64,000 nt of DNA from Candidatus Atabeyarchaeum deiterrae (GCA_037310415.1 CP147780.1:928001-992000); one strand, 5' to 3'; numbered from the stretch's first letter, positions 52,928 through 63,176 are shown. Notes: generated from the letters alone by a model not told the origin. Numbers and translations are program-made.

Positions 52928-53947
52928 TTGTCAGAGAAGCTGCTTCAGGAGGCGCGTAGCATGATTATGGGTGTGTCGGGGTCTGAAGGCGCAGGCAAAC
53001 TCGAGGAGTTGAGAAGTGAGCTAAATGAGCTGAAGAAACAAAGGAATGCAGTTATTCTCGCACATAACTATCAAAGACCTGAAGTGCAGGACATAGCCGA
53101 CTTCGTGGGAGACTCACTTGGACTATCAATCAGTGCGTCGAAAACAACAAGGGATATGATACTCTTCTGTGGCGTGGATTTCATGGCGGAGACGGCAAAA
53201 GTATTGAATCCAGAAAAAAAGGTTCTGATTCCAGATATTCGCTCTAGGTGTCCAATGGCTATGATGCTCAATGTTGAAACCCTTCGAAGTGCCAAGCGAT
53301 TAAACCCTGAGGCTGATGTGATTATGTATATCAATACTCACGCTGACGTGAAAACCGAGTGCGACTGTATTTGTACTTCCGCGAATGCTCCTGAGATAGT
53401 GAACCACTCGAGCAAAGACGCCGTTCTCTTCGGTCCAGATGTCAACTTGAGTTACTACGTTCAAAAAAGAACGTCTAAACAAATAATCACCGTTCCCGAA
53501 CGTGGCAACTGTCCTACACACCACCAAATATCACTTGAAGAAGTTCTCTTATCGAAAGAGGAAAACCCTGACGCAGTCATCTTAGCACATCCAGAGTGCA
53601 TTCCACAAATCCAAGATAGGGCAGACGTTATTGCAAGCACAGAAGGAATGATAAAGTATGTGAAAAGTTCCAAGAAAAGAGAATTCATAATTGCCACCGA
53701 GGTAGGGGTAGTTCACAGACTGAGGAAAGAGAATCCTGGGAGAATATTCATTCCCGCTTCGGAGTATGCCGTATGCCCGAATATGAAGATGCACACCTTG
53801 GATAAGATGGTGAGAGCACTAAGAGACGGGAAGCCAGAGATAATCCTACCAGATGAAGTAATCGAGAAAGCCAGAGCGCCACTGGACAAAATGCTGTCTA
53901 TCTCTGCAAAACTCCAGAGCAAACTAAGTCTCAATAAGAACACATGA
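52928..53947 (+). CDS. nadA: quinolinate synthase A
   Basis: AHNYQ, GDSL, CGVDFMAE, CPMA, HPEC, CPNMK. Confidence 0.95.
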   Translation: MSEKLLQEARSMIMGVSGSEGAGKLEELRSELNELKKQRNAVILAHNYQRPEVQDIADFVGDSLGLSISASKTTRDMILFCGVDFMAETAKVLNPEKKVLIPDIRSRCPMAMMLNVETLRSAKRLNPEADVIMYINTHADVKTECDCICTSANAPEIVNHSSKDAVLFGPDVNLSYYVQKRTSKQIITVPERGNCPTHHQISLEEVLLSKEENPDAVILAHPECIPQIQDRADVIASTEGMIKYVKSSKKREFIIATEVGVVHRLRKENPGRIFIPASEYAVCPNMKMHTLDKMVRALRDGKPEIILPDEVIEKARAPLDKMLSISAKLQSKLSLNKNT

Positions 53948-53988
53948 CACCAAATTCAAGGCTCTAATGCCGACACTGTCGATATTTG

Positions 53989-54498
53989 TCACCTGAATAC
54001 CAGTGAGATTCCATCGATAAGCAACTTTGGCTGAACGTTTCTTCTTTTCTTGATCAACTTCACAATTCCAGCCTTCCTCAGAATACGAAGATCCTCATAG
54101 TCGTTCTTGTTGTCTCTTTCGAGGTGGCTGGCTAAATGGCTGATGGATGTGAACTCAGCCTGCCCCATAATAGCGATCAACTTGAGTCGCTTCTCCGTGA
54201 AAACCTTCTCAATTGTGTGAGAGTCTAATGTCGAGTCCTCTTCTACGACATAATCGAGTTCCCCTCCTTCTTCATATGCTTGATAGGCCTGCATTAGCTC
54301 CCTCCACTCAGAAAGCAGACCTTTCACTTCCGTACCTTTTGTTTCAGTTTCTACTCGGCGATCGCCAAGATCGCTTGTATTAAGAATCTTTTCATACTCA
54401 CTAATTTTCCGAACCACTTCCTCAGGCGACAGCCGCCGCGCAATTCTAACCTTTACCGTCTTCCTAACACCCCACTCTACTTTGGCATAACACACCAA
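53989..54498 (-). CDS. HVO_A0114-like winged-helix DNA-binding protein
   Basis: FT.KRLKL...SISHLA..LERD.KN.YEDL..L...GIV pattern. Confidence 0.65.
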   Translation of the reverse strand: MVCYAKVEWGVRKTVKVRIARRLSPEEVVRKISEYEKILNTSDLGDRRVETETKGTEVKGLLSEWRELMQAYQAYEEGGELDYVVEEDSTLDSHTIEKVFTEKRLKLIAIMGQAEFTSISHLASHLERDNKNDYEDLRILRKAGIVKLIKKRRNVQPKLLIDGISLVFR

Positions 54499-54558
54499 AA
54501 AAACTTAAATCCTACCATTCGTTCATGAACAGTCCAGAAACAACTCTGCCAAGAGGGC

Positions 54559-56016
54559 TTGGAATTGTCGATTGCGAGTCAAGTCAAAAGACTGGATGAG
54601 GTGCGGTGGGAAATTCCCACATCGTACAAAAATGGTATGCGAGTTCCAGGAAGACTAATCATGAATGAGAAGATCCTGGCGGGTCTCGACAAAGGCGTGC
54701 TAGATCAATGCTCAAATGTTGCCACACTGCCCGGGATCTACAAGTACTCAATAGCCCTCCCAGACGCCCACTGGGGATATGGATATCCAATAGGTGGTGT
54801 TGCTGCTTTTGACATGAACAATGGTGTAGTTAGCCCGGGTGGAGTTGGCTATGACATAAACTGTGGAGTGAGGATTCTGACTACGAATCTCGACGAAAAG
54901 GATGTGAGGCCGAGGATTAAGGCGCTTACGTCGTCGGTTTTCAATAATGTGCCGAGCGGAGTCGGTGCCACGGGGAAAATAAGAATGGAGGCCAACAAGC
55001 TGGATGCGGTGCTTGAGGGTGGGGCTCATTGGGCTGTTGAGCAAGGTTACGGTTGGAAGGAGGACCTTGAGAGAACAGAGGAAAAAGGGTGCATGCAAGA
55101 AGCTGACGCGGCTAAAGTGAGTTCTAGGGCAAAGCAAAGAGGGTCTCCACAATTGGGAACACTAGGAAGTGGCAACCATTACTTGGAGACGCAAATCGTC
55201 GAGAAGATCTTCGATGAAAGGGCAGCCAAGATCATGGGCGTGACGCATATCGGGCAGGTGACGGTGATGATCCATACTGGGTCGAGGGGATGCGGACATC
55301 AGATAGCCAGTGACTACATACGGGTGATGGAAGGTGCGGCAGTGAGGTACAAGATAGCTCTTCCAGATAGGCAGCTGGCTTGTGCTCCTGTGAACTCCAA
55401 GGAGGGACTAGACTACCTCGCAGGTATGCGATGTGGTGCCAACTATGCTTGGGCTAATAGGCAGTGTATTGTTCATTGGGTGAGAGAAAGTTTCCAAAAA
55501 ATCTTTGCAGCGGACGCAGAGAAACTGGGACTGCACATGGTATACGATGTCGCGCACAACATAGCTAAAATCGAAAACCACGAGATTGATGGAAAAACAG
55601 TCAAGGTCTGTGTTCACCGAAAAGGCGCTACACGGAGCTTCGCACCAAAGCACCCTGATATACCATCCATTTACAGCGAGATAGGACAGCCCGTCTTAGT
55701 AGGGGGTAGTATGGGTACAGCCAGCTACATTTTGACTGGAACAAGTCAGGCGATGAAGGAAACGTGGGGCTCAACTTGTCACGGCGCGGGAAGAACTATG
55801 AGCAGGGCAGGGGCGACGCGCAAATTCTCCCCAAGAGACATAATGAGAAGATTAGAATCGCAAGGAATAGAAATCCAAGCAGCTTCACTCGGAGAGCTTG
55901 CAGAAGAGTCATCAGAGTCATACAAGAATGTCGACGATGTCGTCGATTCATGTGACCAAGCTGGCTTATCTAGGAAGATCGTCAGGCTTCGACCTCTCTC
56001 GGTGATTAAGGGTTGA
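54559..56016 (+). CDS. rtcB: tRNA-splicing ligase RtcB
   Basis: PDAHWGYG, GYDINCG, GNHY, HTGSRG, HN, HRKGAT, HGAGR, YK. Confidence 0.96.
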   Translation: MELSIASQVKRLDEVRWEIPTSYKNGMRVPGRLIMNEKILAGLDKGVLDQCSNVATLPGIYKYSIALPDAHWGYGYPIGGVAAFDMNNGVVSPGGVGYDINCGVRILTTNLDEKDVRPRIKALTSSVFNNVPSGVGATGKIRMEANKLDAVLEGGAHWAVEQGYGWKEDLERTEEKGCMQEADAAKVSSRAKQRGSPQLGTLGSGNHYLETQIVEKIFDERAAKIMGVTHIGQVTVMIHTGSRGCGHQIASDYIRVMEGAAVRYKIALPDRQLACAPVNSKEGLDYLAGMRCGANYAWANRQCIVHWVRESFQKIFAADAEKLGLHMVYDVAHNIAKIENHEIDGKTVKVCVHRKGATRSFAPKHPDIPSIYSEIGQPVLVGGSMGTASYILTGTSQAMKETWGSTCHGAGRTMSRAGATRKFSPRDIMRRLESQGIEIQAASLGELAEESSESYKNVDDVVDSCDQAGLSRKIVRLRPLSVIKG

Positions 56017-56357
56017 TAAAAGCTAGTGGTGCGCCACCACTCTGTCTCCAATGATCCTCAAACGGGAAACAGATCACGACGGAAATCACGAACTGGAAAT
56101 GGTTCTAAGAAGGTTATATTCCAAGTAGGGGAGTTCAGCAATGCTTTGAGAAGTTCAGACTCTCCATAGTTGGGGCACCGACTTAACAAAATCGAAACCT
56201 GATGCAACTCTGTAACAGCACGAACTGTAGGGAATGCCCACAAAATGTTGTGTGCCAAATCCGAAACTCAGCCAGACTAGATATGCGTGGACGATGCTTG
56301 CGCGAATCGGGATTTTCCGCTTGGTGTAGACTCGTGGGACCGCATCTTACCTTTCTC

Positions 56358-57047
56358 TTATGATGACCTGTTGTGCTGATGCTTGTTGTCCAATGCCATT
56401 CGCCTACTGACTTGGTCTCGCCTGACGATGACCAACACGACCGCGATCGATGCAACGATGGCAGCGATACTGCATCCAAGCACAAGGAATATGAGCGAGT
56501 AGTCGAGGCCAAAAGCCGTCGTGGATACTAGGATGAGATCTTCGGAAGACCCAAAGAAACTGTAAGAATCCCTGACCATCAGCCCGGTCGCCTTATCCCA
56601 CCACAACAACGTAGTTTCGTCAACCCATGCCTCGTTGATAACTCTAGACCGACCGGCAATGGTTGCAGTAAATGTCTTGTTTATTGTGGAGGGGCCAAAG
56701 ACCAATTGAGCGTATCTATCACCTACAGATAAGCCTGCTGCGATCAGCCACCAAAAGAGAAGGTCACCGGAGATGTTGCCCGTCCGAACAAAACTATGAA
56801 GAGTATCTACTGTTCCATTCTCTAGGAATCGTGTCACATTCAGCGAAACGATATCCCCCGAGATACTGATAACTTGAGTGTGCATGTAGTGCCATGTGAG
56901 ATCTCCCTTTATACACGCGTAGTCTGCTGTGTCGCCTACGTTGACTCCGACATTCGTCGGGGCTGTTGCAGGCGAGGCATTAAGTGTGCCGGAGAGGGAT
57001 GTGAGTACTAGGAGTAGCACCACTGCGGGGCCTAGTTTCTTGTTCAT
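56358..57047 (-). CDS. hypothetical surface protein (signal peptide plus C-terminal TM anchor)
   Basis: Hydrophobic N-terminus, GV..GD..Y, WDKATG, C-terminal TM followed by RR. Confidence 0.7.
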   Translation of the reverse strand: MNKKLGPAVVLLLVLTSLSGTLNASPATAPTNVGVNVGDTADYACIKGDLTWHYMHTQVISISGDIVSLNVTRFLENGTVDTLHSFVRTGNISGDLLFWWLIAAGLSVGDRYAQLVFGPSTINKTFTATIAGRSRVINEAWVDETTLLWWDKATGLMVRDSYSFFGSSEDLILVSTTAFGLDYSLIFLVLGCSIAAIVASIAVVLVIVRRDQVSRRMALDNKHQHNRSS

Positions 57048-57224
57048 TGCACGCGTTCCCTCCCAGTGACCCCTAACTCAAACACGATCACCGTCAATGA
57101 TGACTAAACATGTATTTATCTTTGTTTCCATGGGGCAAAGCACGTATATCGGAAAAAACGTTGAACAAAGACTAGCAATAGAAAAAGTCTAGAAAAAGGA
57201 GGGAAGAGTTTGTAGGAGAGATAC

Positions 57225-59495
57225 TCAGCTGTATAGTTTCTCTCCCCCAACCCTGTACCGATCCATGAGTTCTTGCCTCTTTGCGCCATTCCATCCGGCA
57301 ACGCCACCATTCTTGCCAACGGATTGATAATACCCTGTTATCCTTGAGTACCACTCCACGTTCTCCGAATTACAGTTTGGACAACTGTCCCTGAGCCCGG
57401 GCGAGGTAACGTTGCAATTTTCGCAAGTTGTCAGGTCCTTCGTATACGCGAAGTAGCCAATCTGAGTCTCTGTGGCAATCTTTCTTGTCAGCCTCGCTAT
57501 AGCCTCCGGATCTGGATTGGCCTCACCCAACCACACATGGAACATGTTCCCACCTGACATCAGCGCCCAGAATGGCTGTTCCACTCTTAGCTTCTCCGAC
57601 AGCGGTATCCGTGCGCCGACGTATGCATGAGTCCCATTAGAGTAGTAGACTGGAGGGTCGGCTCCGTCACTATTTTGGTCCCAAGCATTGAGATCACCTT
57701 TCACGACAGTTCTAGATTCTTGTGGGTAATGGATCAGGTCGGCAACAGCCATTGACTGTGCACATGATTCTGCAGGTGTTCTAGCGATAGCAAGCAGCAG
57801 ACCAGATTCCTCTTCTAATTCCTTCCTTATTCGCTCCATCTCTACGACCGTTCTAAGGCTGAATCTGAGTGCGTCATTGCTCTCATGAAGCTGTTCACCA
57901 ATATGATACTGGACCATTTCATTAACTCCAACCAAGCCTATGATGTACCGTAGAGTCTTGACGTCGACCAGTGGCGGCATGGTCTTACCATTCACCTTCG
58001 GTTGCATGGTCATGAAAGGAAGAAGCCCATTCTTGATCTGTTTGTCCAAGAGTCTCCTTTTGATCTGGAAAACGTCTATCGAGCTTCTCATAGTCTTCTC
58101 AATTTCTTCCCAAAGTAGCGAGTCATTTCCCTTCGCAAGGTATGCGTGTTGAGGCATGTTCAGGCTTACGACTTGAACTGCTCCCCAAGAGAAGTGCTTG
58201 CCGTCTGTGAAGTTCAATTTGTCCCAGAACTCTGGATCCTCTTGCGGGGAGCTTGCCTGATCATAGGAGCAACACTGATAGCATCCGAGCCTAACTCCGC
58301 TATCCCCGCCACTCCTATATCCCGGGATCTTGTTCTCAAAATACGGGATCCCGAACTTGGAAGCAAGCTTTGCAGCCGCTAGATAACAGTCGTCATAGTC
58401 GGCGCTCATGAACTCCTTATCATATACTATTTCCATCTTCGGGAAGAAGAACGGTTTACCCCATTTGTCTCCTTCCATAGCAACCTCACAAAGGGCCCTA
58501 AAGAACGTTCGCGTTTCGTCTTCATAATCCCCATACACATCGTCCAGCACCTTCCCAGCCTTGACAACATGTATGTCTCTGAATATCTTTGGGACACCAG
58601 GAGGCATCTCAATTGAGGCAAAAAGAAGCTGACCACCGCGAGCTACGTATGCTTGCGTATGCTCGAAGAAGAGCATCTGGGCAAGTTGTTTGACTCTCTC
58701 ATAGGGTAGACCCCTCATGTAAGGCGCAAAGAACAGCGTATAGTTATACCATCCCTGTCCACCAGCCCAGTTGGTTTGGGCTGAAGCTAGGGCTTTGACC
58801 GAATGAAGTATGGCCACTTCAGGGTGCTTTGGCGGACCAGCAACAGAGGTTCTAGCCCCCACACCATCAGGAAGTAACCCTGAATAGAAGAAGTACCTTA
58901 GGTCATGATTTTGACAGAATGGTCTGGTGGCAAAATACTCCAAGTCATGGATGTGTATTCGCTTCTTCATGTGAGCGTCTGCTAGATAAGGCGGAATAAC
59001 GGCGAGAAGATTTGCCTCTTTAGCTGCCTTGTCGGCAACTTTCTTGTGAAGAGTTTCTGGGTTTGGCTGACTATTCGCGTTTTCCCTTGCTTCGAATCCT
59101 CTTCCTTCCATGATTTTGATGTAATCGTAGATTGGCATACCGATTCTGGTGTAGAAATTCCTGTAAATTGCGTATCTTGGCTCTTTCGTTGCTTTCATTA
59201 GCATTTCAGCGCAGACGAGCTCCCGAATGAGTGGGCCACTGACAAAGGGCAACCGCCTGATGTACTTATTGTAAACTCGGTCAGCCAGCTCCTGGGCTTC
59301 TTCTCTACCAAGAGGAGTTAGATCAGGATAGTGCTCGATGGCAAGCGCTGTCTCTTTGAGCAGATTGTCAACTATCTTCTGTTTGTCAAAGAATTCGATA
59401 ATTCCCCTGTTTGTTCTAACTAAAGGTTTCCCACGTTTTCGAATCTGGACACTATCAACCCAACTCGTAACATATGGATCTTTCAACACATCCAT
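57225..59495 (-). CDS. nrdD: anaerobic (class III) ribonucleoside-triphosphate reductase
   Basis: ATP-cone-like N-terminus, IHIHDL, FPK, QCC, TPAES, CxxC/CxxC, glycyl-radical RITGY; ATG 59495 after GGGAGG. Confidence 0.93.
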   Translation of the reverse strand: MDVLKDPYVTSWVDSVQIRKRGKPLVRTNRGIIEFFDKQKIVDNLLKETALAIEHYPDLTPLGREEAQELADRVYNKYIRRLPFVSGPLIRELVCAEMLMKATKEPRYAIYRNFYTRIGMPIYDYIKIMEGRGFEARENANSQPNPETLHKKVADKAAKEANLLAVIPPYLADAHMKKRIHIHDLEYFATRPFCQNHDLRYFFYSGLLPDGVGARTSVAGPPKHPEVAILHSVKALASAQTNWAGGQGWYNYTLFFAPYMRGLPYERVKQLAQMLFFEHTQAYVARGGQLLFASIEMPPGVPKIFRDIHVVKAGKVLDDVYGDYEDETRTFFRALCEVAMEGDKWGKPFFFPKMEIVYDKEFMSADYDDCYLAAAKLASKFGIPYFENKIPGYRSGGDSGVRLGCYQCCSYDQASSPQEDPEFWDKLNFTDGKHFSWGAVQVVSLNMPQHAYLAKGNDSLLWEEIEKTMRSSIDVFQIKRRLLDKQIKNGLLPFMTMQPKVNGKTMPPLVDVKTLRYIIGLVGVNEMVQYHIGEQLHESNDALRFSLRTVVEMERIRKELEEESGLLLAIARTPAESCAQSMAVADLIHYPQESRTVVKGDLNAWDQNSDGADPPVYYSNGTHAYVGARIPLSEKLRVEQPFWALMSGGNMFHVWLGEANPDPEAIARLTRKIATETQIGYFAYTKDLTTCENCNVTSPGLRDSCPNCNSENVEWYSRITGYYQSVGKNGGVAGWNGAKRQELMDRYRVGGEKLYS

Positions 59496-59526
59496 TTTGG
59501 AATACTTCCTCCCATGACAAGATGAA

Positions 59527-59811
59527 TTAGTAGTCTTCACCGACGAATTTCAGTACCTGACCTTTCTTCAGATTGTTACTCGAATCGAATATCTCGTTGG
59601 CTCGTAGTACTTTGTCTTCCTTAACAAGCGCCGGAACTGAGAATATGTTGCGCATCAGCGCATCGACTTTGTTGTCTGGTTCGTCGATGTTGTGCTCCAC
59701 ATACTTCACATTCACTGAGCTGAGGAAACTCTTCAGTGCCTTGCAACTCGGACAGTTTGTCTCAACAAACATCTTCACGACTCTACCTCTTTCCATCGAG
59801 CGTTGCCCCAT
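59527..59811 (-). CDS. glutaredoxin-like NrdH redoxin
   Basis: CPSC and SVP motifs, immediately upstream of nrdD. Confidence 0.8.
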   Translation of the reverse strand: MGQRSMERGRVVKMFVETNCPSCKALKSFLSSVNVKYVEHNIDEPDNKVDALMRNIFSVPALVKEDKVLRANEIFDSSNNLKKGQVLKFVGEDY

Positions 59812-60097
59812 TACTCAAAGGTGTGTTCGGTGGCGCACCCTTTCCAAAGAGAGTCCCTGCTTGCGATACTTAGGTTCCACCCTTGTTTGTCGACTCTCCT
59901 CGAGACTCTCCCCTTAGATGGGTGAAGACAATTATCTATATGGTCATGAAGAGTGTATTTAAGTTTTTTGAGCAGTTCATCAAGAATAATCGATAATGGA
60001 CGACGCTGAAATAGACACGCACACGTTAATAGAAGAAAAAACTTGTCAAAAAATCAACAGTCAATAGATGAGATTTCCGGGCGCAAGGAATTCCACT

Positions 60098-60226
60098 CTA
60101 TTCTTCGTCTTCCTCTTCTTCCCAATCTTCATCTTCTTCCTCTTCGTCTTCCTCTTCTTCCCAGTCTTCGTCTTCCCAATCTTCGTCTTCGTCCTCTTCG
60201 TCTTCAGTATCTTCTTCGTCCTTCAT
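60098..60226 (-). CDS. 42-aa poly-acidic Trp-containing peptide
   Basis: GGAGG then ATG 60226; MKDEEDTEDEEDEDEDWEDEDWEEEEDEEEEDEDWEEEEDEE*. Confidence 0.55.
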   Translation of the reverse strand: MKDEEDTEDEEDEDEDWEDEDWEEEEDEEEEDEDWEEEEDEE

Positions 60227-60608
60227 TTCGAGATCTTCCTCCTGGGATATTTCCTTCGGTCGATTGTCGAAGAGATTCCTATTAAACGTAGCTCTATTGG
60301 TCAAGCATGACTCAAATATTCTTGTTGCTGTAACGAATTCAGAAACATGCACCCTTTGTTCAGTTTTTGAGCCCTAAGGACACCCAATTCGTGGCCCAGA
60401 ACGCTGTTGCACCTTCTTTCGTGTTTTTAGGTATTGTGAGAAAACAGAATTTTAATATGCAATATTTAACCCCTAAATTGGATAGTCATATGCAGAGTTG
60501 GACATTTCAGCGATTTCAGGGTCTAGACGACTGATACGATAGTGCTCGGCGACGTGCCAGTAGAATACAACTCGAATTGAGATTGTTCATATTTGAATCT
60601 AACATGAG

Positions 60609-61469
60609 TTGAAGACCGCCCAGAAGGGGGAATTCATTTCGTTTAGCCAAAGTGCTTTCTACTATTTGACCTACACGCCTTCCAAGTTCGCTGATATGGC
60701 AGCGATATCAAGTCACCTACATAGCCTAGGATGTAGCAGCTTCAACAAGTTCTTCTGGCGTGTTCCAGTACACCAATTGCGATCCGTCCTCACCTTCCGC
60801 GGGCTTGAAAATGTGGTTATATTGAAGCGTTCAAGAAGTCTAGTCAAAAATGCAATCGATGACAAGAACGGAATCGTAGAACTCGGTAGTTTGGTCATCG
60901 TGGGGTACAGATTGAATAGGCCGTCAACAAGAACCAGAAAGATTATTCAACGAGCACTGCAGAGGGCTCCTTACTTCAGATTATGTCCCTCAGTGTATGC
61001 CTTACCGCAATTGAAGAAACTGAGGTCTATGAGCCAAGCAAGTGACAAACGAGAGATGACTACTCCAGGCAGACTGATTGATATTCTTGGAAAACTAGAT
61101 TGCAGAGTGTTGAGACTGTCAAGGATTACTGTCTTGGACTCATCAATGGGAACCCTTCTTGTTGAGCGAATGAAGGTAACTCGAAGAGCCCGATGCAGAA
61201 AATTGATTCAAGCGTGCAAGAGAATCGAGAACTCCATTCGTCTTCAAGGTGAAATCCTTTCGACCAAAGCCTTCAGGCTAAAACTCTCCGAAATAAAGTT
61301 CAGATATCGTGCGATGAGAACGGTGCTTGGCTTTTTCAAGAGAGAGATGAATATCGATGTGAGCAAAGAACTTGTCAAGGTGAGCAAAGCGATAAGTTCG
61401 TGCTATTCTGTTCTCAGAGAGGTCGAAGACAAAAGTGCCGTTGCCACGATTGAATCCCCTGGCTACTAG
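60609..61469 (+). CDS. hypothetical strongly basic protein (weak PaaX/ChrB-N-like motif)
   Basis: 286-aa ORF; Y.L.RPS..R..I.R.L...FRLCPSVYALP. Confidence 0.6.
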   Translation: MKTAQKGEFISFSQSAFYYLTYTPSKFADMAAISSHLHSLGCSSFNKFFWRVPVHQLRSVLTFRGLENVVILKRSRSLVKNAIDDKNGIVELGSLVIVGYRLNRPSTRTRKIIQRALQRAPYFRLCPSVYALPQLKKLRSMSQASDKREMTTPGRLIDILGKLDCRVLRLSRITVLDSSMGTLLVERMKVTRRARCRKLIQACKRIENSIRLQGEILSTKAFRLKLSEIKFRYRAMRTVLGFFKREMNIDVSKELVKVSKAISSCYSVLREVEDKSAVATIESPGY

Positions 61470-61579
61470 AGAATTGAGTGAGCAAAGATGAATCGGGGAA
61501 AGGGTTAAAAGGATATCGTGCCATTAGTGTGTTTTCACTTTATTTCTCCGCTGCGCATAAGGAGGGTTGCGAACCAGCG

Positions 61580-61870
61580 ATGGGAAACCTTGAGTTCTGT
61601 CCGAAATGTGGAAAACTTCTCCTCCCCAGGAAGGAAGGCAAAAGCATTACCATGAAATGCAAAGGGTGTGGAGCGACATACAAACCGAAGGACTTGGATG
61701 CTTACAAGTTAAAGGTCATGATCCCGCCTAAGGCGAAAGAACGGTTGGTGGTGGTTGAGGGCGGAGTGAGAAAGAAAGGAACAGAGTTGACCGAGGACGA
61801 GCGGGTTGAGGCCTATCGTCAAGCTCTCGACTACTATCAGGGTGAGGAGGAGACTGGAGAAGAACAGTAA
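61580..61870 (+). CDS. TFS/RpoM-like protein with N-terminal zinc ribbon only
   Basis: FCPKCGKLLLP...CKGCG; lacks the C-terminal QTRSADE ribbon; ATG 61580 after GGAGG. Confidence 0.75.
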   Translation: MGNLEFCPKCGKLLLPRKEGKSITMKCKGCGATYKPKDLDAYKLKVMIPPKAKERLVVVEGGVRKKGTELTEDERVEAYRQALDYYQGEEETGEEQ

Positions 61871-61949
61871 GCAGGCAACACATTGGGCATAACAATATGC
61901 TGCATTACTTGACGTTTTGCTAGTTTTCACCATGGCTGCCCATGCCAAT

Positions 61950-63176
61950 TCAATTCCCGCCAATCATCTGAAATATCTTCCCAATTAGGAATTCAGGAAG
62001 CGCCCTGACCAAGGTATCTCTGTAAGGACGGATTCCCCCCAATATATCCGTGATTTTTCTACTTAGGCTATCCTTCACGGGCGTGTCCTTCTTGAACGTT
62101 CGACTCATGAACCCTCCCCTATTAGCTATTCCTTCGAACCACTTTCCCCACCTGAGATCGCTACCAAACTTGGCCCTCCATTGATGCTCGTACCTCTTCA
62201 GGTATCCTACAGATAGATCCTCATCTTTGATTCCCTGCGAGGCAACTTCGCCCGCAATCCCCCCTGCAACCATTGAATAGTAGATCCCCTCACCTGATAT
62301 CGGAGAACAGTGACCAGCTGCGTCTCCCACCACAATCAAATTGTTGCCGTAAGTCGGTGAGATCACTCCAGATAGCGGGCATAAAGCAGTCTCGAACTTC
62401 AGTATCTTAGCGTCACTGAGTTTTCTGCTTGCGACAGGGTGTTTTCTGACTAAATAATCCAAGTAGTTTCTGAGGTTGACCTTCACAGCCGAAAGTAGAG
62501 ATCCCACTCCCACGGTGACTTGGTTGTCTTTTGGGAAGATCCACGCGTACCCGAGTGGGGACACATCATGCCCATAGTACATTTCATTTCTATCACCGAT
62601 TCTCCTATCGATTAGATTGTTATCTAGTTCCATCTGATACTGGACGCACTGGCCAAGTTGATCTGGCTTGAACGCTCTATGGGTTCTGGTCTTCTTGACT
62701 ACTATCGAACTTGTCCCATCTGCTGCAACCAAGAGACCAGCTCCAACTCTTTGTGTCCTACCACCTGCTGACAAGCAGGTCAACTCATAAGACCCTGATC
62801 CATTGGAATGAGGCTGTGTTACGTCAACTACCTTTGTTCCCGTGTTCACACTTACGCCTAACTTCTTGACTCGGTCGATGAGATACTCTCCAAGGGCACC
62901 TCTATCAATGTTCAATGAGATTACCCTAGAATAATCTACTTCCTCCGTTAGATGGTCAGGCAGGATCACTCTTATCCCCTTGATCTTGCGGTTAGCAAGT
63001 TTCCAAGGGATATGAAACAGATTCGCTGCATCAATTCGTAGCATTCCACCACAAGGCTTCCTTTCTCCTGGTGCAACATCCTTGTCGATGACGTTGACTT
63101 CCATTCCACGTTTTGCCAGGACCTCCGCTGAAATCAAACCAGCCGGTCCCGCCCCAACAATAGTGGTCTCAACCAA
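61950..63176 (-). CDS. geranylgeranyl reductase family flavoprotein
   Basis: GAGPAG, KPCGG, AADG, GYAWIFPK, GDAAG...GEGI. Confidence 0.9.
   Translation of the reverse strand: MVETTIVGAGPAGLISAEVLAKRGMEVNVIDKDVAPGERKPCGGMLRIDAANLFHIPWKLANRKIKGIRVILPDHLTEEVDYSRVISLNIDRGALGEYLIDRVKKLGVSVNTGTKVVDVTQPHSNGSGSYELTCLSAGGRTQRVGAGLLVAADGTSSIVVKKTRTHRAFKPDQLGQCVQYQMELDNNLIDRRIGDRNEMYYGHDVSPLGYAWIFPKDNQVTVGVGSLLSAVKVNLRNYLDYLVRKHPVASRKLSDAKILKFETALCPLSGVISPTYGNNLIVVGDAAGHCSPISGEGIYYSMVAGGIAGEVASQGIKDEDLSVGYLKRYEHQWRAKFGSDLRWGKWFEGIANRGGFMSRTFKKDTPVKDSLSRKITDILGGIRPYRDTLVRALPEFLIGKIFQMIGGN

Noticed and set aside
56020-56357. Possible ncRNA or small genes downstream of rtcB
   Set aside because: No recognisable tRNA or sRNA structure, and the short ORFs lack family features
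60043-60310. Plus-strand ORFs rich in F/V/L or L/R/P
   Set aside because: Antisense shadows of the acidic low-complexity sequence
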